Assembly: GCA_036502245.1 (NCBI GenBank)
Contig: DASXYX010000024.1
Location: forward strand, 5,130 to 69,129
Direction: 5' to 3'
Length of the DNA: 64,000 nucleotides
Origin: Verrucomicrobiia bacterium
Lineage (GTDB): Bacteria > Verrucomicrobiota > Verrucomicrobiia > Limisphaerales > UBA11358
Shown: positions 20,451 to 30,800 of the stretch, piece by piece
Numbering within the stretch: position 1 is the first letter of the stretch
How the letters are laid out: the number at the start of each line of letters is the position of its first letter
Position numbers and translations under genes: made by a program
Notes under the pieces: generated by a model
Told to the model about the DNA's origin: nothing
The model's input: only the letters and a program-made list of their open reading frames with translations
Database searches by the model: none

Positions 20451-20578
20451 CAGGGCATTAAGGCTTCTCAAAATTCGCGTTTGTTGGCGTCAATTCCCGT
20501 AAAAGAACCTGTTGCAATCGCCCCAAAACCGGCTATTCTGTGCGCTCGTTTTTACTGAAAATTTAACCGAACCTATAT

Positions 20579-20734
20579 ATGTCACAGCATCGCAGTCTCC
20601 GCGCGGCAGCCACTTTGGGCGGCAAACGCAACGTTCTCAAGCGCTTTGAGCGCGTGGAACTTCTCAAGAAACGCGGCCAGTGGAAGGAAGGCAGCCGCAT
20701 CACCGGCCTGCGCAAGACCAAGCCGGAAGCCTAA
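20579..20734 (+). CDS. PVC-superphylum small basic (signature) protein, 51 aa (not in ORF track)
   Basis: MSQHRSLRAAATLGGKRNVLKRFERVELLKKRGQWKEGSRITGLRKTKPEA; M.QH.SL / RNVLKR.ER / GL.K pattern. Confidence 0.88.
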   Translation: MSQHRSLRAAATLGGKRNVLKRFERVELLKKRGQWKEGSRITGLRKTKPEA

Positions 20735-20735
20735 A

Positions 20736-20820
20736 AATGCGGTGCGCGGAGTGCAGAGTGCGGAATAAAAACCGTAACCTGCTAATCCATTCCGTATTCC
20801 GCGTTCAGCACTCCGTACTT
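20736..20820. repeat. Inverted heptamer tandem repeats (GCGGAGT / ATTCCGC type)
   Basis: GCGGTGC GCGGAGT GCAGAGT GCGGAAT ... ATTCCGT ATTCCGC GTTCAGC ACTCCGT. Confidence 0.75.
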
Positions 20821-21526
20821 GAATGTTCGTCTTCAAAAGTTTTTAGCCGAGGCAGGCGTGGCTTCGCGCCGCGCCAGCGAGCAATATATCCTCGATGGGC
20901 GCGTTTCGGTGAACGGCCAGGTGGTCCGGTTGCTGGGCAGCAAAGTGGACCCGCTCCATGACAAGGTTTCCGTGGATGGCAAGCTCATCCGGGTCAAAAA
21001 GAAGATTTATGTGGCTCTGAACAAACCGGTTGGGTGCGTTTGTTCGCGCAATGACGAGCTAGGCCGGCCGATGGTCTATGAGTTATTGCCCAGGGAATGG
21101 GAAAGTGTGAGCACCGTGGGGCGTCTGGATTTCAACAGCGAAGGGTTGATTTTTCTGACAAATGATGGACAATTCGCCCTGCGCCTCACCCACCCGCGTT
21201 ACGGGGTCCGCAAGAAATATGTGGCTACTGTGGATGGGCAAGTGGCATCAGACATGCTCAGACGGTTCATGCAGGGCATCTTTGACGGCGGCGAAAAATT
21301 GCAGGCGCTGGCGGCGCGGATCGTTTCGGCCAGCCGCGCGCGCAGCGTGATAGAACTGGAACTGGCCGAGGGCAAAAACCGCGAGGTGCGGCGGTTGTTT
21401 GAGTCGCAGAATCTGACGGTGAAACGATTGCAGCGTACACAGATCGGAAAAATTAAACTGGGCGAACTGAAGCCGGGGCGATGGCGAACATTGACAGAAA
21501 CTGAAATAAGAACTTTACTTTCATGA
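20819..21526 (+). CDS. rluB: RsuA/RluB-family pseudouridine synthase
   Basis: RLQKFLAEAGVASRR S4 domain, NKP.G, VGRLDFNSEGL, EGKNREVRR; TTG start. Confidence 0.88.
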   Translation: MNVRLQKFLAEAGVASRRASEQYILDGRVSVNGQVVRLLGSKVDPLHDKVSVDGKLIRVKKKIYVALNKPVGCVCSRNDELGRPMVYELLPREWESVSTVGRLDFNSEGLIFLTNDGQFALRLTHPRYGVRKKYVATVDGQVASDMLRRFMQGIFDGGEKLQALAARIVSASRARSVIELELAEGKNREVRRLFESQNLTVKRLQRTQIGKIKLGELKPGRWRTLTETEIRTLLS

Positions 21527-22674
21527 ACATGAAAACGATTTGTTTGACTATGATGGGAGCGGTGCTCGCGACGAGCGTCATCGCGCAGGACAATACCAAC
21601 TCTCTGCCGGCCATTCCCGCGCCGGCCACTTCCCCCGCCGCGGAATCCGCTCCTGCTTCCGCGCCGACGCCGGAAGCCGTGCCCGCGCCGAACACGATGA
21701 CGGCTGAGACCAACGCCGCGCCGGCCAAGCCGAAGAAGCGCGTTGTCCGCCACAGGATCCATGAGCCCAAAGTCTCGCTTGTGCCCGGACAGGCCACCAT
21801 TGCCTCCGAACACGTCAACGTCCGCGGCCAGGCCGGCGTCAACGGCGAAGTGATCGCGCATGAATTCAAGGGCGACACCGTGACGGTGCTCGACCAGATC
21901 AATCTCAAGAAACACGCCTCGGATGAACCCGCGCAATGGGCCAAGGTCACCTACCCGACCAATGCCAGCATCTGGGTCTTCGCCAAATACATCGATTCCA
22001 ACAACACCGTCTCGACGAAGAAAGTCAATCTCCGCGCCGGACCGGGTGAAAACTTCAGCACGGTGGGCATCCTGAACAGCGGCGACCCGGTCACTCCGAT
22101 CGAGACCAAAGGCCGCTGGATGAAGATCCAGGCCCCGACCAATTCCTACGCGTTCATCGCGGCGATGTATTTGACCCAATCGCCGGAGCAGATCGCCGCT
22201 GCCAACACGCCGCCGACTCCGACGGAAGTTGAACAGCCCCCGACACCCGTCATGACTCAGGTTCCGCCGCAACCCCAGACCGGCGTGAACATTCCTCCGA
22301 CCGTCCCGACCCCGGCGCCGGTGCCGAACTCGCCGGAGAACATGCCGGAAGTGTCCTATAACAACAACCTGCCGCGCGTCGTTTCGCATGAAGGGGTCGT
22401 CCGCCACGTGGGCAGCCTCATCACGCCGACGGCTTATGAGCTGTATTCGCTGGCGACCGACAAGAACATTGATTTCCTGTACACGACCTCGACGAATCTC
22501 GACCTGAGCAAATACATCGGGATGCAGATCATCGTCACCGGCGAGGAAGACCTGGCCGCGCGCTGGGACATTCCGGTCCTGACCATCCAACAGATCATCG
22601 TCGTCAACACCAATGCTGTCCCCAACCAAATCTACCTCAGCCCAAGACAACAGCAGGAACGCGGCAATCATTGA
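21523..22674 (+). CDS. Secreted tandem bacterial SH3-domain protein
   Basis: Signal peptide; VNVRGQAG and VNLRAGPG repeats; Pro-rich linkers. Confidence 0.82.
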   Translation: MNMKTICLTMMGAVLATSVIAQDNTNSLPAIPAPATSPAAESAPASAPTPEAVPAPNTMTAETNAAPAKPKKRVVRHRIHEPKVSLVPGQATIASEHVNVRGQAGVNGEVIAHEFKGDTVTVLDQINLKKHASDEPAQWAKVTYPTNASIWVFAKYIDSNNTVSTKKVNLRAGPGENFSTVGILNSGDPVTPIETKGRWMKIQAPTNSYAFIAAMYLTQSPEQIAAANTPPTPTEVEQPPTPVMTQVPPQPQTGVNIPPTVPTPAPVPNSPENMPEVSYNNNLPRVVSHEGVVRHVGSLITPTAYELYSLATDKNIDFLYTTSTNLDLSKYIGMQIIVTGEEDLAARWDIPVLTIQQIIVVNTNAVPNQIYLSPRQQQERGNH

Positions 22675-23515
22675 TGGCCGCGCCATCTCGGGGCAGATCC
22701 TCAACGAATTGGCCGGGCGCGTTGCTGAGCTGAAAAAAGCCGGCACGACGCCCGGCCTCGCTTTTGTCCGTGTGGGCGAGGATCCGGCTTCGAAAGTCTA
22801 TGTTGGCCGCAAGGAAAAGGCCTGCGCCGAACTGGGCATCGCATCCCAGACCCATGTCCTCCCGGAGCAAACGTCCGAAAGCGACTTGCTCGCGCTCATC
22901 GCCAAATTGAACGCGGACCCGCGCATCCACGGCATCCTCGTCCAGGCGCCGCTGCCAAAACATATCTCTGAAGCGAAAATTTATTCTTCCGTCTCGCCGC
23001 ACAAGGACGTGGACGGTTTCCATCCGATCAACGTCGGCAAGTTGATGCTCGGCGATCCAAACGGCTTCCGGCCCTGCACGCCGGCTGGAGTCATGGAATT
23101 GCTCGCGCGCGCTGGTGTAAAGACCGACGGCGCGGAAGTCGTCGTCCTTGGCCGCGGCAATATCGTCGGCAAACCCATGACGGCCATGCTCTGCCAGAAA
23201 GGAAAAAATGCCAACGCCACCGTCACGATTTGCCACTCGGCTACGCGCGATATCAAAACGCATTGCCTGCGCGCGGACATCATCATCGCCGCGATGGGCG
23301 TTGCCAATTTTGTGAAAGCCGACATGGTCAAGCCGGGCGCCACGGTCATCGACGTCGGCGTCAATCGCGTGGACGGCAAGATCGTCGGCGACGTGGATTT
23401 TGCCGCCGTCCAAAAAGTAGCCGGACACATCACCCCCAACCCCGGCGGTGTCGGCCCCATGACTATCGCCATGCTCATGGCCAACACCGTCCATGCAGCC
23501 ACCCAAAAGATTTAA
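22613..23515 (+). CDS. folD: Bifunctional methylenetetrahydrofolate dehydrogenase/cyclohydrolase
   Basis: IIDG, YV..K.KAC, HGILVQ.PLP, KDVDGFHP, PCTP.G, VIDVG, PGGVGPMT; start uncertain. Confidence 0.95.
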   Translation: MLSPTKSTSAQDNSRNAAIIDGRAISGQILNELAGRVAELKKAGTTPGLAFVRVGEDPASKVYVGRKEKACAELGIASQTHVLPEQTSESDLLALIAKLNADPRIHGILVQAPLPKHISEAKIYSSVSPHKDVDGFHPINVGKLMLGDPNGFRPCTPAGVMELLARAGVKTDGAEVVVLGRGNIVGKPMTAMLCQKGKNANATVTICHSATRDIKTHCLRADIIIAAMGVANFVKADMVKPGATVIDVGVNRVDGKIVGDVDFAAVQKVAGHITPNPGGVGPMTIAMLMANTVHAATQKI

Positions 23516-23518
23516 AAA

Positions 23519-23956
23519 ATGAACGCAACCCGAATCCTCCCCGATCTCCAGGCCTCCCTTCTCTGCGAAGAAGTGCGGCAGGAAGCCAACGGAAACTTTT
23601 TTCTCATTGGCGTCGTCAACTTCATCCGCGTGCCGCAACTGCCCATCGTGGCGGGGCGACTCTGCGTCTTCAGCCGCTGGACGGCCGGCGTGGGCCAATT
23701 CACCGAAACGGTGAAGCTCATCGCGCCCGACCAGACGACCGTGCTGCGCAAAGGCGAAATGAAATTTGAACTCAAGGACCCTTCGCTGCATTCGACCAAC
23801 GTCCTGGTCTTCGGCAACATCGAAATCAAGGCTCCCGGAAATTATTTCGTGGAAGTGATCGTGGATGACGTCATGAAACTGCGCTATCCCGTTCCAGTGA
23901 TTCTCGCCCCGCCGCAAAACCAGAATCCGCAGCCGCCGCCCGCGGAAAAAAAGTGA
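23519..23956 (+). CDS. Hypothetical beta-sandwich-like protein
   Basis: LLCEEVRQE.NG.F.LIGV, PG.YFVEV; host-like codon usage; 3 nt after folD. Confidence 0.75.
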   Translation: MNATRILPDLQASLLCEEVRQEANGNFFLIGVVNFIRVPQLPIVAGRLCVFSRWTAGVGQFTETVKLIAPDQTTVLRKGEMKFELKDPSLHSTNVLVFGNIEIKAPGNYFVEVIVDDVMKLRYPVPVILAPPQNQNPQPPPAEKK

Positions 23957-24075
23957 AGAACGAATTGGATTTGAAATAAAGCGCGTTTTTAAAGAACGCT
24001 CTCATCCCGGCTTTTTTTTCATGAACTGCCGGGACATTTGGCGGATTCGAATCAAAAGTGAATCCGTCTTTTTCT

Positions 24076-24120
24076 CACCCCTCACCCTCAATCCCTCTCC
24101 CCGTTGAGGGGAGAGGGAGG
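24076..24120. repeat. CCCTCACCCTCAATCCCTCTCCCCGTTGAGGGGAGAGGGA palindrome
   Basis: Closely similar to 4447-4487. Confidence 0.8.
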
Positions 24121-24330
24121 AAGCGGGCGAGCGTCTCATCTCATAAAGCGCTTTATGGCTTCAAAGCGCATCCAATTGTGGAGGTCAAGGCCGCCCGAGG
24201 AGAAGGAGCAGCACGAGGACATTGTCTCATTCAAGAAATGACTATTCGACCGAGTCAGGCTTCCGTGTTTTGTTCCTTTGTCTTGAAAAGAAAGCCTGAT
24301 TTCACGCGCGAATGTGGCAATCTGTGAGGG

Positions 24331-25134
24331 ATGAGCGTTTTCGCGTCAGCCTTGGCCGAGCCGTTCACGCCTCGCGGCGTGGCGGCATTTGCGCGCGTCA
24401 AGTTCGGCTGGTTGTTCCTGGCGCAGTTCATCATCGCGCTCATCGCTGCAATTTCTCTCACCTGCTTTTTGAATGACGGTTGTTATTCCGTGATCCATGA
24501 AGCGATCGGAAATCTGCCGGACAAAGGCGCGATTTCCCTTGGCAGGTTGCACTGGCGCGGTGACTCGCCGAAGATGCTCGCGGAAGGACGTCTTCTGGCC
24601 ATTGACGTGGATCTTAAACACAGCGGCATAATCCATTCTACGGCAGAGGTACAGGCGGAGTTTGGGGAGGATTCCATCCGCTTTTATTCAATCCTGCCGG
24701 GATATTCGGAGGTTTTTTATCCTGAATGGCCCGCGCCGTTCAATCGTATTGACCTGGAGCCGAAGTGGAATGCATGGGCGACGAGCATCCTGTTCATGAC
24801 TGCGGCAGCGGCGTTTGTATCCTTGTTATTTAGCTGGGTGGTTCTCGCGACAATTTATTTCCTTCCGGTGCGGCTCATTGGTTTTCTAGGTGATCGCCAA
24901 TTGAACCTTTGGACCAGTTGGAAATTGTGCGCGGGGGCATTGTTGCCGGGGGCGCTGCTGATGATCGTCGGGATCTGGCTATATAATTTTGGGCTGCTCA
25001 ACCTCGTCTCTTTCGCCGCTATTTTCGCGGCGCATTTTGTCCTGGGTTGGATTTATCTGGGCGTCAGCCTGTTTTTTCTGCCACGCGCATCCGCGACGAC
25101 ACCGAAAGGGAATCCGTTCCAACCGAGCAAATAA
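24331..25134 (+). CDS. Hypothetical membrane protein
   Basis: Several hydrophobic segments; fills the space upstream of lolCE. Confidence 0.7.
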   Translation: MSVFASALAEPFTPRGVAAFARVKFGWLFLAQFIIALIAAISLTCFLNDGCYSVIHEAIGNLPDKGAISLGRLHWRGDSPKMLAEGRLLAIDVDLKHSGIIHSTAEVQAEFGEDSIRFYSILPGYSEVFYPEWPAPFNRIDLEPKWNAWATSILFMTAAAAFVSLLFSWVVLATIYFLPVRLIGFLGDRQLNLWTSWKLCAGALLPGALLMIVGIWLYNFGLLNLVSFAAIFAAHFVLGWIYLGVSLFFLPRASATTPKGNPFQPSK

Positions 25135-25171
25135 AATTGCAACCGTTGTGCCACAACTTTAGCCTGCTGTG

Positions 25172-26464
25172 ATGTCGAAACTTCCGTTTGAACTGTTGCT
25201 GGCGCTGCGTTATCTGCGCCCCAAACGGACGTTTGTTTCGATCATCTCCATCATCTCCATCCTTGGCGTGGCCATGGGCGTGGCCGTCCTCATCATTGTC
25301 ATCAGCGTGATGAGCGGGTTTGACCACGATCTGCGCCAGAAAATCCTCGGCTTCAACGCCAACCTGCAGATCACCGAACACGGCAACCTGCTGCCCAATT
25401 ACCGCTCGGTCATGACCAAAATTTCCGCCGATCCAAATGTCCGCGGCGTGGCGCCTTACGTTCTGGGCCAGGTGCTGGTCGAAACCGAACCGGCAAGCAC
25501 GAACGCCCAGGAATCCGAAACGGCTGCTCCCTATTTGCGCGGTGTGGATCCCGCCACTGAAAATTCCGTAAGCGTATTGCCCACCAGCATCATTGAAGGA
25601 CAGACGAATCTCGCCCTCGCATTGCAGGGTCAAAGCGTCATCATCGGGAAAGATTTTGCCGAGAACATGAACCTCGGTATCGGAGACCGTATCGCCATCT
25701 ATTCGCCAAACGACATCAAAAAATTGCGCCAGGCCCGCAGCAAATCGGACGTGGAAGGCGTGCTGCCGGATGATTACACCGTCACGGGAATTTTTGACGT
25801 GGGCTATTTCGATTACGATGCGAATTTCATCGTCACTTCGCTGGAAAATGCCCAGGACCTTTACAACCTGGATAACGACGTGCATGGCCTGATGATCATG
25901 CTCAATGACGCCTATAAGGCTGACGCCATACGGGACGAGTTATTGCAAAAATTAGGCCCGGATTTTTATATCAGCACCTGGATGGAACAGAATAGAGCAT
26001 TTCTCAGCGCCATTGTCGTGGAGAAGAACATGATGTTTTACCTGTTGTTTTTCATCGTGCTGGTCGCAGCAATGTGCATCCTCAGCGCGCAGATCACGTT
26101 CGTAGTCCAAAAAACGCGCGAGATCGGCATGCTTAAGGCGCTTGGCGCGTCGAATGCCCAGATTTCCGGAATTTTCCTCGCTCAAAGCGCCATAATTGGC
26201 GTGCTTGGTGTGCTTGCTGGTCTGGGTTTTGGCTTCCTCGCGGTAACGTATCGCAACGAATTCCTTGAATTCATGCGCCATACCACCGGCTGGGAATTGT
26301 TTCCAGAATCGATCTATGGCTTCAGCCAACTGCCGGCAATCATTGACTCACACGACGTTGCCATTATCTGCGGATGTTCATTCATCATTTGTATCCTGGG
26401 CGGTGTTCTGCCCGCCATTCGCGCTGGACGACTCAAACCCGTGGAGGCACTGCGCTATGAATAG
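25172..26464 (+). CDS. LolC/E-type lipoprotein-releasing ABC permease
   Basis: [49 protein letters not shown]. Confidence 0.92.
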   Translation: MSKLPFELLLALRYLRPKRTFVSIISIISILGVAMGVAVLIIVISVMSGFDHDLRQKILGFNANLQITEHGNLLPNYRSVMTKISADPNVRGVAPYVLGQVLVETEPASTNAQESETAAPYLRGVDPATENSVSVLPTSIIEGQTNLALALQGQSVIIGKDFAENMNLGIGDRIAIYSPNDIKKLRQARSKSDVEGVLPDDYTVTGIFDVGYFDYDANFIVTSLENAQDLYNLDNDVHGLMIMLNDAYKADAIRDELLQKLGPDFYISTWMEQNRAFLSAIVVEKNMMFYLLFFIVLVAAMCILSAQITFVVQKTREIGMLKALGASNAQISGIFLAQSAIIGVLGVLAGLGFGFLAVTYRNEFLEFMRHTTGWELFPESIYGFSQLPAIIDSHDVAIICGCSFIICILGGVLPAIRAGRLKPVEALRYE

Positions 26465-27128
26465 TTTTGTTTCCGCGCGCGGTCTCACCAAGAGTTATGC
26501 GATGGGCAGTCGCACTCTTGAAGTGCTGCGCGACGTTGACCTGGAGGTGGCGCGCGGGGATTTCCTGGCATTGCGCGGCTCATCCGGCGCGGGTAAAAGC
26601 ACCTTGCTCCATCTCATCGGGGGACTTGATTCGCCCAACGCCGGAGAAATCCTGTTTGACGGCCTGGACATTACCCAATTTTCCAGCGGCAAACTGACAC
26701 GCCTGCGCAATCGCCGGGTGGGATTTGTTTTTCAGTCGTATCACCTGCTGCCGGAATTAACGGCGCTGGAAAATGTCTGCCTGCCGGCGCGCATCGCCCG
26801 GAACGCCGCCGGCAGCTCGGAAATCCGGGCGCGTGATCTGTTGAAGCGGGTCGGCCTGGAAAATCGCATCGATCACAGGCCCAGTGAACTCTCAGGCGGC
26901 GAACAGCAGCGTGTGGCCATCGCCCGGGCGTTGATCAACCAGCCGGAATTGCTGCTGGCCGATGAACCGACCGGAAACCTTGATTCCCGGACAGGCGGCG
27001 AAATTATTGAACTTCTAAAAAATTTACGTGTCGAAAGGCAAATGACGCTGGTCATTGCCACGCACGACGCCCGGGTAGCGGAGCACGCACATCGCTCCGT
27101 GGAACTTGCCGATGGGCGAATCGCTTGA
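26457..27128 (+). CDS. lolD: LolD-type ABC ATP-binding protein
   Basis: [43 protein letters not shown]; overlaps the permease stop. Confidence 0.9.
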   Translation: MNSFVSARGLTKSYAMGSRTLEVLRDVDLEVARGDFLALRGSSGAGKSTLLHLIGGLDSPNAGEILFDGLDITQFSSGKLTRLRNRRVGFVFQSYHLLPELTALENVCLPARIARNAAGSSEIRARDLLKRVGLENRIDHRPSELSGGEQQRVAIARALINQPELLLADEPTGNLDSRTGGEIIELLKNLRVERQMTLVIATHDARVAEHAHRSVELADGRIA

Positions 27129-27161
27129 AAATGCGGCAGACCGCGTTAAGTTCTAATTGTC

Positions 27162-28040
27162 ATGCTTGAGGATAGAGATTATATGCGCGAGCCGTACTAC
27201 GGCCAGCAACGCGTTTCGGCGACGGTCGTTATATTGATCGCGAACGCCGTTTGTTTTTTAGCCCAACTCGTCGCTTCACGTTCACTGACATATGTGAATC
27301 TGGACGATACTTTTCAGGGAAACTACCTGGCGTTGAGCCTGGCCGGCATCAAAAGTGGCTATGTCTGGCAACTCTTGACGTTTCAATTCATGCACGGCGG
27401 ATGGATACACATCCTGTTCAATTCCATAGCGATCTTCTGCTTCGGGCGGCCGGTGGAAATGGCGCTTGGCAGCAAAAAGTTTCTGGCCCTGTACTTCACC
27501 AGTGGTGTGATCGGCGGCCTTTTTCAAATGTTATTTGCCCTGGCCACCAATACTGACGGACCGGTCGTCGGAGCCTCGGCGGGCGGCGCGGGATTGGTCG
27601 GCGCGTTTTCCATCCTGTATTGGGAGCAGCGCATGACGGTGTTCATTTATTTGATCCTACCGCTCACCATCAAAGGCAAATGGCTGTTGTGGGGAGGCAT
27701 TGCGGTAGCGCTCTTCAGCATGGCGGTCCCCGGCAATATCGCGAATGCCGCCCATTTGGGAGGGTTGCTCACCGGCGCGGTGTTCGTGCGGCAAATCCTG
27801 CGCGGCGGATTTTCAATGCCGTCCTTTCGAAGTTCACCGCCGGAATACGCGTCAACGCGACCGCGAAAAAAAATGTGGGGTGGCTCCGCGCCACCTGAAG
27901 AAAATCTGTCCACCGAAGAATACTTGAGCAATGAAGTGGACCCGATCCTCGACAAGATTTCCCGGCAAGGCATCCAAAGCCTGACGGCGCGGGAACGTGA
28001 AATCCTCGAAAAGGCGCGCTCTAAAATGACCCGGCGGTAA
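27162..28040 (+). CDS. Rhomboid intramembrane serine protease with C-terminal domain
   Basis: WQLLTFQFMHGG..H..FN, GAS, AHLGG, VD.ILDKIS..G..SLT..E. Confidence 0.92.
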   Translation: MLEDRDYMREPYYGQQRVSATVVILIANAVCFLAQLVASRSLTYVNLDDTFQGNYLALSLAGIKSGYVWQLLTFQFMHGGWIHILFNSIAIFCFGRPVEMALGSKKFLALYFTSGVIGGLFQMLFALATNTDGPVVGASAGGAGLVGAFSILYWEQRMTVFIYLILPLTIKGKWLLWGGIAVALFSMAVPGNIANAAHLGGLLTGAVFVRQILRGGFSMPSFRSSPPEYASTRPRKKMWGGSAPPEENLSTEEYLSNEVDPILDKISRQGIQSLTAREREILEKARSKMTRR

Positions 28041-28048
28041 ATCATTGA

Positions 28049-28154
28049 AAAGCGCCAGAGGGCTGGCGCACTCCAAAAGCTGGCGCAAAATTTGGTTTGG
28101 CCATCGCAAACGCTCGCGTCCTGGACTGCGGTCCCGATTCATCGGGACCGCTTT
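28049..28154. repeat. REP-like inverted doublet (GCACTCCAA / TGGACTGCG type)
   Basis: AAAGCGCCAGAGGGCTGGCGCACTCCAA ... TGGACTGCGGTCCCGATTCATCGGGACCGCTTT. Confidence 0.65.
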
Positions 28155-28244
28155 CAGCCAAATCCAAGCCTTGATGTGATTCATCCCGGGTAAGCCATCT
28201 CTTTAACACTTTAAAAACTCCTGTCTTTGCGTTTTAATAAGCAC

Positions 28245-29579
28245 ATGATTACGCGTTATTCGCGCCCGGAGATGCGGGCGATCTGGCAGGACGAAAACAA
28301 GCTCCGTATCTGGTTGCAGATCGAATTGCTCGCCAGCGAAGCGCTGGTCAAGGAAGGCATCGTTCCCGCCAAAGATTTCGCCAAAATCAAAGCCGGCGCG
28401 GACAAGTGGTTTGCGGACCTGAAAGGCCTCGTCGAACGCCAAAAGGAATTGGAAAAAACGCTCAATCACGACGTCATCGGCTTTACAACCGCCGTAGCCG
28501 AAAAGATCAATGATAATGCCTCACGCTGGTTCCATTTCGGGCTGACGAGCAGTGACGTGGGCGATACCTGCTACGCCGTGCAGATGACCCAATCGGCGGA
28601 CATCCTTATCGCTGATGTCCAAACCCTCCGTAAATCTATCGCCAAACGCGCCAAAGAATTTCAGTTCACGCCCTGCATCGGCCGCAGCCACGGCATCCAT
28701 GCCGAGCCGACGACTTTCGGACTAAAACTGGCGTTGATGCATGATGAATTTTCACGCGCCCTGGCGCGTCTCGAAAGCGTCCGCGAAACCGTTGCAGTCG
28801 GAAAGATTTCCGGCGCCGTCGGCACCAGCGCTCATCTTTCGCCCAAAGTGGAGGATTATGTGTGCAAAAAGCTCGGTCTGCGCCCCGCACCTATCGCCAC
28901 CCAGGTCGTCCAACGCGATATCCACGCGGAATTTCAACTGGCCCTCGCGCTCGTCGGTGCAAGCATCGAGCGCTGGGCGGTGGAATTTCGCCATCTACAA
29001 CGCACGGAAGTCCTGGAAGCCGAGGAACCTTTCACCAAAGGCCAGAAAGGCTCCAGCGCCATGCCGCACAAACGCAATCCCATCACCTGGGAACGCCTCA
29101 CGGGCCTCGCACGTGTCTTGCGTGGCAACGCCCTTGCCGCCCTCGAAAACGTTGCCCTCTGGCATGAGCGCGATATTTCGCATTCGTCGGTGGAGCGCAT
29201 CATTTTCCCGGATTCCTGCACCCTGCTCGATTATATGCTCGCACTGCTCATCCGCCTGATGGATGGCATACAAGTTTATCCTGAGAACATGAAGCGCAAC
29301 CTGGGCTTAAGCCTGGGCATGTGGAATTCGCAGACCGTCCTGCTCGCGCTCATCAAGAAGGGTCTTACGCGCGAAGCCGCCTACAAATTGGTGCAGGACG
29401 CCGCCATGAAAACCTGGGAGGTCAAACATGCCGGACGCGACGACGCGGATTTTGTCGAACAGTTGAGGGCCAATCCCGAAGTCGCCAAACATTTCGCCAG
29501 GGGCGAACTGGAAAAGCTCTGCTCCCTCGATTTCCATTTCAAGGAAGTGAAGAATCGGTTTAAGAAATTGGGGCTTTGA
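28245..29579 (+). CDS. purB: Adenylosuccinate lyase
   Basis: [50 protein letters not shown]. Confidence 0.97.
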   Translation: MITRYSRPEMRAIWQDENKLRIWLQIELLASEALVKEGIVPAKDFAKIKAGADKWFADLKGLVERQKELEKTLNHDVIGFTTAVAEKINDNASRWFHFGLTSSDVGDTCYAVQMTQSADILIADVQTLRKSIAKRAKEFQFTPCIGRSHGIHAEPTTFGLKLALMHDEFSRALARLESVRETVAVGKISGAVGTSAHLSPKVEDYVCKKLGLRPAPIATQVVQRDIHAEFQLALALVGASIERWAVEFRHLQRTEVLEAEEPFTKGQKGSSAMPHKRNPITWERLTGLARVLRGNALAALENVALWHERDISHSSVERIIFPDSCTLLDYMLALLIRLMDGIQVYPENMKRNLGLSLGMWNSQTVLLALIKKGLTREAAYKLVQDAAMKTWEVKHAGRDDADFVEQLRANPEVAKHFARGELEKLCSLDFHFKEVKNRFKKLGL

Positions 29580-29582
29580 GGC

Positions 29583-30785
29583 ATGGCTTTCCGCATCCAT
29601 GACAGTGTTGTCCGAGGCGAGATTGATAATCGCGTCAAAGGCACGGTACGCGGGAAGATTTGGGTCCACGGCCGCAAGAAACCGGTTGCCCTCGAACTCA
29701 TAGGCAATGCCTGCCCCGACCTGGCCGGTTGTTTGCTAAAATTTCGCAATCCGCACAAACGAATTCCTGATTCCGGCCTGGACTCATTGAATCCGGTCCA
29801 AAACGGGCAAATCGGAGACATCACCGCTTCGCGCAAGGTCCGGGAGTTTGATATTCCGGTCGCGGAAGCGTATGCCATGTGCAAACGCGGTGAAAAGCCG
29901 CCCGAACACATGGCCAACTGTCTTTATATCGAATGGTTCAGCCAGGAGAACGGCCGTGTGGTCATTGAAAGCACCGGCTATCAATTGGAAATCTCCGCGC
30001 CCGAATGGCAGATGAGCCCGGCTGAGAATGAAGAGCGTGCCCGGCAGGCAAACGATGGCATGAATTGGTTCATGCAGAAGATCACCGAGGCCATTGACAA
30101 GCTTAAGCGCGAACAGAAGGACCCGGAAGAGAAATGGGACGAGCATGATTATGAAAAGTTCTTGAAGGAAAGCGATGCCCGTACCGATAAATATGGGGAA
30201 CTTTTGGACAAATATGGCGATTCGGAAGAAGCCGGGGAAAAAATCGCAAAAGAGATGGGCTGGGACCGCGAATTGACTCCCGAAGAAGCGGCGGAAGAAG
30301 AGCGCCGGATTGCGGAAATGAACCGTGCCTGCGAAGAAGCGCTCAACGAGCCTCCGCCCACGCCTGATCCTCATCGCGAAGGCATTGATTGGATCCGCAC
30401 CCCTGATGGGGATACCCGGCACCCACTTCAATATCGCTGTTCAGAGAGCGCATTCAAATTTTGGAATAAATGCGAAAAACACGGTTTGGAGAAAAATGAA
30501 AGCGCCGATTTACAGCAGTTCGTTTTTGAATTCCAAACGACGGGTGTAAAACTTGCCGGCGCTCTGGCTGGTATTGCCGAGGGACGGGAGGTCATGGACG
30601 CGGCCTTTACCGTGGCCTATCTAAAACGCGCCCTCGATCACCTGCATAAATCTCAGACAGGACTGGAAGCTGTCGCTTCTAAAAAGCTATTGCCTCAACA
30701 ATTGATTACTGAAGCCCGAAAAGAATTGTTCGAAATCCGTGAAGGCATTTTGAAGTTGATGGATGAATTTCGTAATCGCGAATAG
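29583..30785 (+). CDS. Hypothetical protein (acidic, beta N-domain plus helical C-domain)
   Basis: 400-aa ORF starting 3 nt after purB; no family recognised. Confidence 0.75.
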   Translation: MAFRIHDSVVRGEIDNRVKGTVRGKIWVHGRKKPVALELIGNACPDLAGCLLKFRNPHKRIPDSGLDSLNPVQNGQIGDITASRKVREFDIPVAEAYAMCKRGEKPPEHMANCLYIEWFSQENGRVVIESTGYQLEISAPEWQMSPAENEERARQANDGMNWFMQKITEAIDKLKREQKDPEEKWDEHDYEKFLKESDARTDKYGELLDKYGDSEEAGEKIAKEMGWDRELTPEEAAEEERRIAEMNRACEEALNEPPPTPDPHREGIDWIRTPDGDTRHPLQYRCSESAFKFWNKCEKHGLEKNESADLQQFVFEFQTTGVKLAGALAGIAEGREVMDAAFTVAYLKRALDHLHKSQTGLEAVASKKLLPQQLITEARKELFEIREGILKLMDEFRNRE

Positions 30786-30800
30786 GCCTGACGTCCCCAC

